A stretch of DNA of 64,000 bases. It comes from Phoronis australis (lineage: Eukaryota > Animalia > Phoronida). The notes under the pieces were generated by a model. It ran no database searches. It was not told the DNA's origin and saw only the letters and a list, made by a program, of their open reading frames with translations. Made by a program: the position numbers and the translations under genes. This document shows, piece after piece, positions 35,486 through 49,240 of this stretch. How positions within the stretch are numbered: position 1 is the first letter of the stretch; each line of letters starts with the position of its first letter. The stretch is from positions 198,887 to 262,886 of the forward strand of contig NMRA01000526.1 of NCBI GenBank assembly GCA_002633005.1, given 5' to 3'.

Positions 35486-36343
35486 TTTTTTATTCTACCA
35501 ATAGGGTGGTGCCTAACTGAACTTCTATCCAAAATTGTCATATTTAGTTCGTTCGACATAGTCGGGAGGGTTACTGCCTTTTTACTGAACTAAAAGCCTT
35601 GTTCGCCGAGCTGTCATGAAAACGTGAATTTCTTTTTGTTGAGAACCTCTTTTCACTTCGTCTGTGGAGTTGGAGAGGTGTCCTTTTGTAGTTGTTCAAA
35701 CACATATTGTAATTTGTGAAGCTTCAAAAGTATATTTTGTAAATAGCCTTTTTTGCTTCTGGGTGCCAGTGTGTAATCTTTTGTGACCATGTCACACTAC
35801 TTAATGATAGGCGGATTTAGAGTGGGGGTGCAGGGGGCCCGGGCTAGCTCCCCCCTAGGTTGCCGCAAGCAAAATGAAACGGCAAGCAGCGTGAATCGTG
35901 AGGAAACATTGAGTATAGGAACTAGGACTGGTAGCGGATGAGAAGGGAGCTCAGACGCAGAATCACGTTTCACCCTCTTCCCAATGGAAGGTCCACATCC
36001 TGGGTCCCCCCAGCTTTCGGGCCGCCTGTGCACATACGATTGCGCTTCGCCAATTTCTCCCAGGATGTTACCCCCCTTTATGGTATCCTAGATGCAACGT
36101 CTTGTTTACAAGTTTGGCCAATTCCGTCCATTAATGTATTAATTTGACTTGAACAAAAACCTACCGCTTGCCTTCGGACACCATGAATGCTTACCGCTGG
36201 GAATCTCATGTTATGACCTACTTTTCATTTGGCGGAATTTAGCAGACGACAGAATAAAAATATATGTGAACCTTCACCAACTTGTTCAAAATGTTATGAA
36301 ACCTATGGCATCATATAGATAATCACGACATTAACGTACATAC

Positions 36344-36619
36344 CCAGCTTTACACGAACATATTGCGTCAGTGGCCTTGTCGTTAGTCAGCTGCATGTGA
36401 ACCGTGTGTGGATCTTCGCTCTTCCTCTGGCTTTTGAAAACTAGCCCGAACGTTTAAAAATCCATAGTCACCCTTGTGAAATCTCACGTCGTGGACGTAC
36501 GATTCTTTGCTTAAGCGCATAGCTTGTTGTCGTTGTCTTAGGGTTTTGTTATAGTTCAAAAAGTACTCGTCTATTCCGTCAGGAACCTCGTTCAACGACA
36601 CTACATTTGACTCTGACAT
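36344..36619 (-). pseudogene. First exon of an ISL2EU accessory SWIM/YqaJ protein (frameshifted)
   Basis: ESYVHDVRF...VRAS, a shift, then FKSQRKSEDPHTVH......DAICSCKAG and donor gtatgt. CxCxAG is the start of a SWIM finger. Confidence 0.7.
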
Positions 36620-36929
36620 CTTGGTTTCTGTCGGTTGTCCCGTGACTTTTCGAAAGGGGGCGGAGCTTGCGATAGGTCAATTACGCAACATGGCATTTCA
36701 TGACTAAGGCACTTAGAAAACAAAACATTATTCAACACAAAGTTCATACCATCAAATAATATAGTCTATAATAGTTTGAATACATTACATTGAAAATTTA
36801 AATTTACCTGAACTGTGTCTTTGACTTTTGTCCACATGACAGCTTGCAGCATGGCGGAAGACATCTTGAATTTCTAATTCAAATAGTTTGTTCATTTGTC
36901 AAGAGAGGTCCCTCATACTGGAGCATTAC

Positions 36930-38793
36930 TGCAACAATGGGCCTTGGAGGGTACGGAATCAATAATATGAGCACAAAATAATTGGGGGTTAACTATAGAT
37001 TATCAAAAGTGGTATTACAATATTACAACAAGGGCCTTCCAGGGTTAACACAGTATCCTTCCAGTAAACCTTATACAATTGACTGGCGAAAACTGGCAGC
37101 AGTCTTTGCTCATTGCCATCACTTTGGTAGAGCACATACGCATTTACCATTGCGATTCCTCGCAGATGATGAAATACATTCATGTACCATTTAGGGGTAC
37201 GGTGAGGATATTCGTAGTACGAACTTAAATGGTCCATCTTGTGCGTACCCCCCCCCCTGTATTTATTGTAATCATCAATTAGCTTAGGTTTAATAACTTG
37301 CCGCTCACCGCTTTCAGCAACTGACTGCTTACAATGCACAGACTTCGTCACAGTGTCCGCATTATGAATTGATGACAAGCCCTGCACTGCCTTCTTGTCA
37401 TGAAACTGTACAGCGGTCAGGACTCCTTTTTGGCAGAACTTTGGTACCTGCCCTTTCTTCACAGGAGCAGTTTTGAAGGTAGAGAGCATGCCCTTCCACC
37501 TCCACGCACGGTGCAACATGCCCCGATATTTTTGTCTTTGAGGCGCAAGAATAATTCTGGGGAGCTATAAAAATTATCTGTATACACATGATACCCCTTG
37601 TCCTCTAAACCATTTAGTAATTTTAAAACAACACGAGTTGCCAAACTGTCAGTATTATCATTGTCATTTTCCTTACCGGCATTATGCATAGAGTGTATCC
37701 ACTTACACTTTCATTCAGCACCCAGTTCTTGATGGCAAAGTGCGTTCTCTTGGCAGGCATGTATTGTCGAAAACTGATGTAATCTTTAAATCCCATCATA
37801 CTCTCATCTATTGATAATTGTCTACTCGGCTGGTAAAATTCCAAAGACTTGTTATTCAAATGTTCGTAGACAGGTCGAATCTTGAATATGGGGTCATACC
37901 CAACCTGGCCCTTGGCAACACGCAAGTCATTGTTTACAAAATGTAATAGACCATTCATTGATAAAAATTTATTGCAAGACATGATTGACGAGCAAAAATT
38001 GTTTGCAAATATTGATGAAGTTTTCCAGTGATGTTGTACTGATGGTCTTTTCACAAGGCCCATAGATATTTGAAGTGCCGTCACGGCACAGATATTGTCA
38101 GGTAACACGGGAGCCCAGCCTTGCAAACGCGAGTGTGGCGATAACGACTGACTTTTCGCGACTACTTGATCACGTAAATATTCGTCTGGACACAAATCGT
38201 CCTCATAATATCCTCATCGAAAAAAAAGTTTGAAGTAGTTCACGGGTTTAGTATCCTCTAAAATCCCACGACGCCCAGGTACTTCAGTAAATTCTGGACA
38301 TCACGATCGCACAGGTAAGTTTTCTGGGTCAGCCACCCATTCTTCCGGTAAATCGTCGCCAGTGTGCTTCAAAATGGCATCTAAGTCAGTGTCAACTTGC
38401 CCCCATCAATCTCTTCTGAGGTAAAACCTTCAAACTCTTCGACACTATCAGAATCGTTCACAAAAATCGCATAAACTGCATCTAAATATTAGCTGTCATC
38501 AAACTCAAGTCGCCATTATTTACTATCTCAAAACATGTGCTTTTGACTCGCGAATCACGTGCGTTTTGACATCGTTAGAAGCCGAATATTTGAATGAATG
38601 CTTTGTAAAAGTAAATTTGATTGGCTTAGCCACATTTTCTTGTGGGTGTGCCTTCAAAACCAACGTCAATTGGCTAAAATGTGACCCTTATGTGGAGGCT
38701 GTATTCTGGCTCACATTGTCGCAAATAAGCAACTACGGCACTGGTAAGGCAGTGAACCATTGTCGCAGAATTGCGCCCACAACAGTAAGAGGG
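36930..38793 (-). mobile_element. Degenerate piggyBac element (another family)
   Basis: LSIDESMMGFK..FRQYMPAK, GYHVYTDNFYSSPELF and KPKLIDDYNKYRGG in broken frames; 5' terminus ...AAGAGGG|TTAA at 38793. Confidence 0.85.
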
Positions 38794-39373
38794 TTAAACC
38801 TGAGTGACTGATTCTCAAACTAATTTCCCAGCTGATAATGTCTCTGGTACTTGTGCTCCAGGTAATAATGTATGGATGCAAATTAAGGAATATTAACTCT
38901 ACAGAGCCTGGTCAAAACTAGGTCACATACCCCAGTGTAGCCTGAATTAATTCACACACCATGATGTAAACAACTGTCTAGCATTTATTTTACATACATA
39001 AACATATATACAAAGCATATATTTTCTGAGAGCAGGCAGGACAAGGATTATCATGAATATTTTAACCACAGCTTGACTTAAAGTTGATTGAATATTTTGA
39101 AAAAAAAAATAATTTCACTAAATAAACAAGATTACCTTTTACTAAATCGACAAAAAATCCAGTAGTACAGCATAGCTGACTAAAAAAATTACCAACTTCA
39201 TCACAAACCCATTTCTCACAATACCAGTAACTTTTGAAGTTAAAGCTTAATATTTACTTTTTTCAGAATAAAGAAAAATACAATCTTTCCTGTTGTCACA
39301 GACTTCAGAATCTGATAGAAATTAGATAATTATATATTACACTGCAAATAGTAACATTACTTAACAGTTGTTA

Positions 39374-39759
39374 AAGTTCTTTTGCATTGGTTGTCAAACA
39401 AAAAGACTTTCTCTCCCTTGCCAACAAAAGTAATGGCTTTCCTCCCTCATCATATGGACATTTAACTTCAATATTTCCTTCCTGGTCTTTATTCAATGCC
39501 ACACCGTCAACACTGGCACCAAGAAACTGGTGCTCCTGATCAACAACAAAACCAGTTTGCTTAACCTGTACATCCCGTCCACCTAACTGATGAATAGCGC
39601 GGTATACATCAATGGCAGACTCTTCATGCCTCTTGCCATGTTCGCATGCTTTCAGTTGAAACTGCGGGCCGTATTGAATGACTTTCTTCAAAATACCATC
39701 TGGTGGCGTGCCCTCTCTTTGCTTGAAAATAGCCCCAGCTATTGAGGCGGTTATTCTAT
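39374..39759 (-). pseudogene. YqaJ-like (lambda exonuclease family) domain exon, ISL2EU-type
   Basis: RITAS...ACEHGKRHEESA...TGFVV...FLGASVDG...IEVKCPY, i.e. PD-(D/E)xK YqaJ motifs; preceded by acceptor tttttag. Confidence 0.85.
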
Positions 39760-40206
39760 CTAAAAAGACAAGTGTCAATACAACATGCATGCATATCTTA
39801 TAGCATGAATTATGGTATATAACAGTGTGAAATTAAGTGTTAAGCTAAATAAACAACAAGCCGTCACTTTAATACATCTTAATATTGGCTTTGCGAAGAG
39901 TAATGTCTGGACATGCACAAACAGAAATTTTTTGTACGAAATGAGAGAACACAAACGTTATACAAATATTGTATTCCATAATTGGTAGATTTTAATCTTT
40001 CGATTATATACGATCTTGGAACAAACAGATACATTTGCCTATATAGTGGCATTTTGAGATCACGTTCGAAATCTTAATTTCCTATGCCATCATCTCCTTT
40101 CTTTTTCATTGTATTACTTGTCATCATGTGCACGAGAACGTGTATGATCGTAAATTTTCATGTTTGTTTTAGGACGTTTTTGTGCAATTCACCATATAAT
40201 TTTTAC

Positions 40207-40253
40207 CTTTTGTTCATGCCCATGACTTCTATGGTCTCCTTGCCTACTAAAAT
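40207..40253 (-). pseudogene. Paralog of OB-fold gene exon 3
   Basis: KETIEVMGMNK + gtaaaa donor versus EETIQVMAMNK at 25770-25718; the following intron is also alignable. Confidence 0.6.
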
Positions 40254-42518
40254 CTGACAAAAATTCTGATTGAAGCTTAAAACACGGTCTTATCAAGAAG
40301 TATTCCTGTCTTTTGCAATAAACACTAATGTTCACTCTTAGGTGTAGCTATTTCCCCATCGGCGCCACTCGTCTAGCAGCTACCCATGCAAAAGCACGGG
40401 TAGCAGCTAGTACATTTTATATTTGAACTTCCCTGAGAATGAAGATAAGGTATTTTGCTAGACATGTGAAATATAGAAAAAATGGCCAACTTTTGTTCAA
40501 TAAGGTTTGAAATATCCTTAAGTACTAGACCATGTAACCCATTCTGTCGCTGTAGTGCCGAATCCAGTTTCCGATTCACATTGCCAATGATTAGCTGCAA
40601 TTATCAAAAAAACATGTTAAAGTGAGATGCATGCATTGTCAAAATCTTAAAATTTCTTCACTACACAACTTTCCAAGTGATTAATAACCAGTAATACTTT
40701 GGTTTGCACTAACTTTAAACTAGGAAAGAAAGCATGGTATTGCAATAACGTGATGTCATCTACTATGTTAGTATCTAATCGTTATGCAGCATATTAAGCA
40801 TGATATTCAGAACTTAACTTTGAAGCACCAGCAGTGGTACAAGCACTTTCATATGTGGTTCCACGACACTGCCTATCAATGTTGATCAACGCAATACATC
40901 ACACACCAAAAATAATGAATGTGATCAATTTGTAAAGCTTAACAGACAGAGCACTGAATTTAAGAAGCTGAAAAATCGGGTTCCTTACTAAAACAATGCT
41001 TCAAGAAGCATGAATTGGGAATGGGCATTTCACAACCAAGTAATTTGAATTAACACACATAATGGTGCCCTGGTGTCAGTTAATTCATATGCCAGAGCTA
41101 AAAGCAATGCCTGAAGATAGAAAATACACAGTGTTTCAATCAAATGTAAGCAGATTATCTGGCTTTTAATAAATCTTCAAATTGTGACATGGGCAATGAT
41201 CCTTCAAGAGATTTGGCAGATACACAGGTGGATGAAAAAAGTCACTCCGAAATTTTAAAAATAGCCACCACACACAAATACTTGGTTGCGTAAAAAGTAG
41301 TCAATTTTTAAAGGAGAATAGAGAAAATTTGCAATTACGGTTGCTATTATTATGACTCTTTAACTATCAGCGAACATACTGGACACATTTCTCTTTCTTC
41401 TTCTATATCCAAATTTCGTTCTTCAATGTATTCATCACTGTCGTCCACAGTTCGATTTTGAACGATTGAACGAACCTCCGTCGTATACCAATCGTCAGTA
41501 TCCTGTAGTTCTGAAATTAAAAGATTTTTAGATTTAGAATCTAGTATATTTGATTTACATAGTAGCAAGAGGAAAATCCAAAAGTAAATAACTCCACAGT
41601 GGTCCTTGCCACATTCATCATTCTAGAATGTAATGTAGCCAGAGCTTTAAATACACAACGAATTCCAATTGCTTCCAGCAATAGCATTGGAAATGACAAC
41701 TGACATGAATCAATCTCAGAACCCAAATCAATTGCATGAAGGCAAACAAAAAACTACAAATGTCACTGGGGACACAGCATTAGTCATATATGTCTATAAT
41801 TTATGGTCCCTTGTTCTCATGTTGATAAATACACTTGGCCAGAGATCATCTTAGATACTTAATAGAGCTCTGCAACCAAAAATAAGCTGATGTGCGGTGC
41901 ATCACATTAGTCAGAGGCATCCAAAAATCATTGCCAACCATACTCTTCTCAGCAAGAACATGTTATGCAAACTTTCATGATCATTCAAGTTGTTTGTCTG
42001 ATATAGAGACAGATGCCAAACTTATATACTGGTATAGAATTCATCAAATTCATTTATACATATCTGCATTACAACAAAAATACAATGGAAACAAGAGCAA
42101 CATGGAGCCTTGCAATGCACCCACGATTCCACTGCAAACAGAGTGCTTCTAGAGTTATGGACCAGTATCATAAAAATGGCCGTAAGGTGGTTCAAAATAA
42201 GTAAACGCGTGTGAAAATGGGAAGGTGTAGTTGCCTTCCGAATACAAAACTATTTCCTAAATTTCACTAAAAAATCATCAAAAAACTCCAAAACTTATTA
42301 AGGTGAACATAAAGAAACAAAGTGCCATTGATAGAAGTGGTAGTACAGTCCGTCAGTTGAAACACATCAGATTCTGTTAATTTTCATAATGATCCTCTCA
42401 GTCTATTGGTGGGCACAGGAACATAGTTTTCATCATTTTAATACCTCCGCAATAATGTACCAATATGAATGTTGGTGCAACAAGGTTAATAGAATATTTT
42501 GTGACAAAGCATTCCAGA

Positions 42519-43424
42519 CTAACCCTCATCATAAGAGTCAACCTCATCAAAGAACTCATTCCACCACTCCTTGTCCTCTTCTAACGGCATAAATTTTTTC
42601 GCAGTGGCGAAAGAAGATTTTAGTTTATGAATTTCAAGTTTTTCAAAACTTGGTTTCACCAGTCCAGGTGTTCCAGAAGCCAGAGACTTCAACAGATAGA
42701 GTCCTGAAAATGTTTTCATTACAAATATGTGAAGCAGTTCACTATAGTTTGTAATGGCAAATATAAGTAGTCTGTGATGTGTATAACTAAGTAGTAAGTG
42801 ATAAATATTTTACATCATGTCAGGACCAAATGATGTTCCAGCACAAATTAAACACGTTTGAAGTACAACACAACCCATGCCCTATTAACCTTTAACATTA
42901 GACGTCATTACCATGCATCTATCTGGTACAGAATCTTGATTCAAAAGAATGACAGTGATCACGTACACCTGGGTAGTCATGCCTTCTTGGCATTTCTTTT
43001 GTGGTCAGTGAGGTGTGGTACACTCTTTTTTCAGAAGTACATGGTAGTATTTGTTATTTTGTACACAGAGTATGCTTAGAGTAATTTTAAAGGGAAATCA
43101 TTATTTTATGAACAATAATTGATATGGGCTTTATTTTGATTTTTGCATGGTAAACTAAGTGTTTTGTAACTTTTTTGTATTGGCCTTCCACAGGTTACCA
43201 CATTCAAACCACATTTAAAAAGTCTCAAAGTAAAAATAGTCACCAGTCTCAGTATTGAAGTCAGCTGGAGTCCATTCTGCATCTGTTGACCACTTTTTTG
43301 CAAAGAGTACGCATTTTGCACTGTCATCCCTTTCAAACGTGAACTGGTGTGGAACAGAGTGGTGCAACAGTACATTTGTTACTAATAGAATGCAGCTTTG
43401 GACAGGTGAAGGCCCATTGGTCAA
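42519..43424 (-). pseudogene. Sola1-like (DUF7869-type) transposase C-terminal remnant
   Basis: HHSVPHQFTF....KCVLFAKKWSTDAEWTPADF is homologous to HNHSLPYQFKC...KKWSADSTWTPADF at 50470-50582. Confidence 0.55.
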
Positions 43425-46410
43425 TGTACATGTTAGAAATTACTTGCTTACCAATGTAATAACACTTGCGGTTGGCTTTATGATTGCTTGAACAATTAAT
43501 TCGTAAGTTTGTAAACTTTATGTTTTTTCTTTAACTCAACGTACCACCATGGGTTGATCGTGTTTGAGGGTAATATCCAGACAGAATACTACAGTATGTG
43601 ATTTGTCACTTCAAACCATAGTCTAAGCCTGATGCTTTGTCAGAGACATTTTCTCATGTTTGCAATTTCTTCTGAACTGTAATCAAGGCCATTGTCGCAC
43701 TGCATTCTTATTGGCTTATGGCAATGTAATTATCATTGATGATTGCAATTGAGAGATTTTGACATCGTGACATTGCTTTGTTTTTCATATAACTTTTTTT
43801 ACTCTATGTACAATGTATTTACACTTTATTCAAATGAGTAATTTCATGTAACTCTGATCTCAGTACTCACTCCGTGAAGTTTGCACGGTAGGCAGCTGAC
43901 TGAATCCAACTGTTTCTGCCGCACACACTGACAATGATTATTTGAAATGGTTCCAAGTCACTAGAAAATTCGAGGATCCGTGCTTGAACATGGGGTATGA
44001 GGAGTCAAAAATTCACATAGGTACTAGGACTGTGCGACGAAACTCCGCCATTGTGACTTGATAGGCAGTCTGAAAGAAAATGTAAACGGTTACTGTAAAT
44101 GACTGTTAATTGGTTAAAGAAATATCAATCTTTGTGTTTGGAAAATATATTTACAGTAGACTTCCTACGAACAACTTTTATTTTTAACATTGCTACAAAG
44201 TACACTTGTGAATCTCCATGATAGCAAGAAGCAGCGTGTGTTGATAAAAACAATGGTGTTGACATGTTTGACATTTATTAAAACTAAATACCAAACATGT
44301 CAAGCCTATTTAAATCCATCGTTCTTTCATCATTATTCACAAATCCCATTCTGTTGGGTTTGCCTCTTAAAGTAAATTGAACTTTTTAATTACTAATTCC
44401 ACCTCTCAACTTTTCAACATATTTTCAACAATATTGTTTATTTTCTGTACCTCTCTAAGTTCGCCTTTTATCTGGTTCGGCAGCACTGCCCGAAGGTATT
44501 GTAGGACTGACTTGGGATATGTATACTGGCAATCTGGTGGTCCAATTTCTCTTTTCTGAAAGACAAATATTTTTTTAGATTACACCTCGACTGTTTTTTA
44601 TTGATGGTGGGTCGAGAAGATTGTGGTGGAGGTAATGGGTAACACTGCTGAAATATCCCATCTGGGGGGTCAAAAATGTTGCTTGTTATATCGTTTTCAG
44701 CCAGTGGTTTTCAATGACTTGGGGGTGCTCGCTCACGCCATACCCCCAAGAAGATTTCGTGTGGTTTGACTAATGTAACCTAACATAATATTTTCCCTTT
44801 CTTTAAAATCGTTATTTCTCACAGGAACGTGGAGACTCAGGGTATTGAAGTAAAGAGTCAGATTTGAAATTTCAATTTCTTGCATCTGAATTAGTAAAAC
44901 GACAATACATAATGATAAGCAACTATTCTCACCTTCAACTTTCTTGCCCATTGGGCATAGTGATAGAACCTAATCTGCTTGTTCGTCTTCCTCTTTATTT
45001 TAAACTTTGTTACATTCGCCTCGACTGCGCTGATGAAGGTGTCTGCCTCAAACCTGTAGATCATTAGATAAAATACATAGTATGCCTCAAGTATATTCGG
45101 CGGTACCGCATTTAAGAACCTGGTTTCCCCAATATTGTTTTTCCCCATTATAACACCAAACTTCTTCTCGAAACCCTACCTACGAGTAGACTATCTGAAC
45201 TGTAGCATAGTATAGCAGGTATATAACCATGACTAGCTGCAAAGGAAAAGTGCCAAGGCAGGCACAGCTTTTGAGATGCAGTGTTCTTATTTTGAAAAAA
45301 AAAACGTATCAACAGAATTAACTAATAACTCATCAAGGAAGCACTGGTTACAGAATCGTATGGCGAATGCAACAAGTCGCCGTACGCCCGTGATCTAGCT
45401 GTCTAGTTTCTCTAACACTGGTAAGTTGTGAAAAAAGATAAATCCTCACCCAAATTCGTTCATTTCTAAGACCATGTGACGTTTTGTCGTTTCTACTTCT
45501 TGCTCACGTCGCACTTTTACGCTTGGCAATCTACTTTCCATTTTATGTTTCTCCCGCGTGGTTTATTGTGGATCATAATGCACCAACTTGACCCAGTTTT
45601 AAGTAAATATGTTGACTCCGCCTGCGTGACCTACTTGGGCTGCGTGGACTGTAATTAAGTTAATTATGCACTGCAAATTCGTGTGACATTGTGTGGGAAT
45701 ATTGAAATAGTCAAGACTGCTACGGGGTTTATAAGTTTTATTGCCCAAGAACAAGTTTTCACCGAATAATTAACCGAAGTCCTTGAGATTTTCACGTCTC
45801 GCCACATAATCGGCTTTTTCTCGGCTTCGGCAAATCGACCTAATTTGAACTTAGGAACACGATTTCTCGAAAACTGCTCGGTGGATTTCGTTGAAACTTT
45901 CCAAATTTATTATTTAGTCATCAATCTCAAAAACGTTGTTAGGATTTTAGATATAAAGGTCTAGATTTTGCGTAATGTAACAAAGATGACGAACACGACC
46001 TCTATTTTTTACAAATATACCTTGCTTTTTGCGAATTGATTTGCCATAAAAATCAAATGAAAAGGTTAATCGAAAGTTCCTAACAGCGTTTTTGAGGTTA
46101 CTAGTGAAGTTTTCATTTAAAAAAGGTTTCATTAAAATCGATCGAAGAGTTACTTTGCTATGAATGTACCTTTCTGAGAAATAAATTTTTGACTTAAAAA
46201 AGGTTTTTACGTAAAAATAATAATGGTATATTAATACAAAAAGTATTTTCATATTCCCTGTTCTTTTTTTTCAGAAAATATATACTTTTACTAGTTGACA
46301 AAGCTTAGTTTTTTTGATATACGAGTTAGAATAGAGGCCACTAAATAAGGTTTGAAATAACCTTAAGATTTCTTTCGTTAAGTACGTTTACATATTTTGG
46401 AACATCTTAC

Positions 46411-46608
46411 CAAAAGAGTGGTATTAGTTAGGGAGTTCAGTGACACTTTAGACCCATAAATGTCGACCTCTAGAGCCTGAAGACGTATTTTGTCCGCCTC
46501 CTTTATATCGTCGTCAGTGGCGTGGTGGCCCCATAGCTTTATTTCTGTGTTGTTGTCAAGGGTGGTCGTCCTCCATTTGTAATGGGGCTCTTCTTTAAGT
46601 TCAGATAC
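46411..46608 (-). CDS. Paralog exon of the OB-fold gene (VSELKEEPHYKWR...IKLWGHHA...NSLTNTTLL)
   Basis: 66 open codons between ttgtag and gtaaga; aligns ungapped to the 3' part of exon 26305-25970. Confidence 0.75.
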
Positions 46609-48596
46609 CTACAAACGAATGAAAATGGGCCACAGGTTTCGCCCCTACAGTGAAACTGTCTATACTCGTGTAAAATACTCCAACGCTATGGGGATCAACT
46701 TGCAGCCACCAATGGCACGTATAACGTGATGTTATGAATGCATAATAATTTATGTTCACATCTCTTTGAAAAACCTCTTTTAATCATTACTTAGTAACTT
46801 TTGTGCCACGGGCATTATGCAGACTACTGTATGGTTAGTTACAGTTATCTTACTTTTGGTGGAGAACATTTGCTATGGCATTGCTGGTTGTCCTAAAAGG
46901 TTAATGAAAATACTTTAAACTGAACAGTAAACACCCAATCTAAACATATGTCAAGAAGCAACAATTAATAACTTAAAACTAAACATGTACAGTAAACACC
47001 TAAGCTAATTTACCCCACGAAAACCTGTCATAAACACATGCCAATATTCTCCCCGGGCGCGAAAAATGGTGAAAATAATAGGAAATGGTCGAAACAAGAA
47101 ATAAATCAGGCAAACATAAAATAAGTCAATACTAAAATAAAACGGCAAACAAATGTGAAACAAGACAATAGGAATAGTAAACAATACATATAAATGTGTA
47201 CAAGTGAGAATATGAGTCAATGTCACATATGAAGTCACTGCAGTGATGTCTCAACTGGATATAATTTGGTAATTGGTCGGTTGATAGTTCCATTTTTGAC
47301 ACGCAAAGTTACGGAACGAACATGTCCGTCATGTCCACGGTGAAGCTGTTCAAGATTCCATAGAGGACGAGCCGAGTCCTCGTGAACTAATATGATATGT
47401 CCTGGTGCGATAATGTCCTGCTGTCCATGGTTTGCTGAGCAGCAAAAAAGGTGTCCCTTTTTAACTTGGTCTTGCGTGAGCTTTATGTTGTACTTATTAG
47501 TTTAAATCTGTGAAAGCTCTGAAAGTGGTGAGTTTGAAAATGATCTCAAGGATTCTTCTGTCTTGGGCTTTGTGACATTCTTTATTTTCAAGTACAGAAA
47601 TGTACTTTAGACTGTCTTCTGGTGATACACCAATGAACAGCTTCACTTCTTCTAGTACTGCTTCTGTGATGTCACAGTTTTGGTGCGTATGCTTTATGTT
47701 TTTAAAGGGGAGGTAGAAATCTGGAACCTTTATCAAGTGTAGTCTGTTCTCTTGTGCAAGAAGGTGATCAACTACGTTTTTTGCTTGAGCATAAGGCAGG
47801 TAGTGATATTCTGTCTGTCTACCGATGTCTAGTATTGGTTGTATTTCATATCTTCTGCAGGGTTGACCTCTCCATTCTTCATTTGATCTGTAAGAGGCTA
47901 AGCCATAGTGTTGCTGTCCAGGAATTATCTGGATTACATGTGTAATCGGGACGCTCAGGGGCGTCTCATTATCGAACTCCGACAGGACTTGTGAACTATT
48001 TTAGCGTTAAAACGAACGTACTTTTAAATCAATAGAAACAATCACCATGTTGTAGTATGTAGTATGCAGCATTTATTAACTAAATAAAACAGTTCAGTCG
48101 CTAGTACGTTTTCCGTCGAGCAGGAATCAGGGTGACCATAAGCAATATTTACACGATCTTGCCAAAAAATGTGCAAAAAAGCCGCAGATGACAAAAGTAA
48201 ACTAAACAAGCTAAGCTTACTGACAAAAAGGACGTTTTCAGTCGATCTCAGTAAAAGAGATGTAGTTAACAAAGGAAATTAAAACTAAAGTACGCTACTA
48301 ACAAAGAGCACATTTTTACTCGATCTCCACGAAAAAGGTGCCAAAAAGCCGCAGTTAACAAGGAAAAACTCAAGTACGCTACGAACAAGGAGCACATTTT
48401 TACTTGACCAAAGAAAAACCAAACTAAGCCTAGTGACACCACTACAATATACCCTCATCATGTGACCTTGTGCTTTTACAAGCTCTCTCACCATGCTGTT
48501 GTCTTGAGGCCAAGAGTGAATTTTTTTCTCAATAATCAGCTGCAAGATGTATATCGACAGGTCAGAAAAACAGTTATAATTGATCAGTGAACATAC

Positions 48597-49240
48597 CTTT
48601 ACAATTAAAAATTACTGGCGTCAGTTCATATAATGTGAATGTGAGAGTTGTCGAGTCAGTTTTGTTATAACTCAGCTGTGACAAGTTCGGTCGTTGTTTG
48701 CTTTTGTTTACGAGTCAGTCGACATGCCACACTGTTGCTGTGTACTGGGATGTACTTATCATTGCCCAGAGCCTGTAAGCAGCCCTGCTGTGATGTTGAG
48801 TAGAGGGAGTGAATACAGGCCCCGTTCAACACCCAGTGACAAGGACAGTTCGTCGTCCAATGAATATATCGGCGAGCCAAATTTTGATAAGTTATTGAGG
48901 ACTTGTCTAAAGTATTGGAGCAATTTAGCAGGTGCCAGGTGTGTGGTGAGGGAGTCACACGGCGAGATGTAAGCAGTTTGTGTGCTCAGGTCACCATCCA
49001 GTGGGAGTGTGTCGCGGGACACTCGGCAAGTGAAACAACTGTTCCTCTGTCCGTGAGGCGATAATCAGTACATCTCGGTACGCAGCTACCGTTTGGCATG
49101 TTGATTGGCTCGTAAACAAAAGCAACCGGCGAACAAACTAATCACAACAGAGGTAGAACAAAGACTGACTCTGCAGCTCTTACAGTAAGACTACATGGAA
49201 TGTAATTGGCGCGAAATACTTGCCTCCCAAAACGTAAAGG
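48597..49240. mobile_element. Foldback/MITE-like element with long imperfect inverted arms
   Basis: Left arm ...GAGTCAGTTTGTT...TTGCTTTTGTTTACGAGTCAGTCGACATGCCA...GATGTACT matches the reverse complement of 49058-49190. Confidence 0.7.

Larger units (their letters stand above)
20453..36679. mobile_element. Putative ISL2EU (PIF/Harbinger group) element termini enclosing ~16 kb of other insertions
   Basis: Perfect 14-bp inverted match AATTGACCTATCGC (20450-20463) / GCGATAGGTCAATT (36669-36682), readable as an 11-bp TIR plus AT TSD. A THAP exon points inward from the left end and a SWIM/YqaJ-type exon points inward from the right end. Confidence 0.6.

Noticed and set aside
35809-36028. G-rich hAT-type MITE (AGGCGG...CCGCCTG)
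   Set aside because: The terminal match is too short and there is no clear TSD.
41350-42150. Decayed minus-strand coding-like stretch (also 47497-47940)
   Set aside because: No motif I can assign with confidence.
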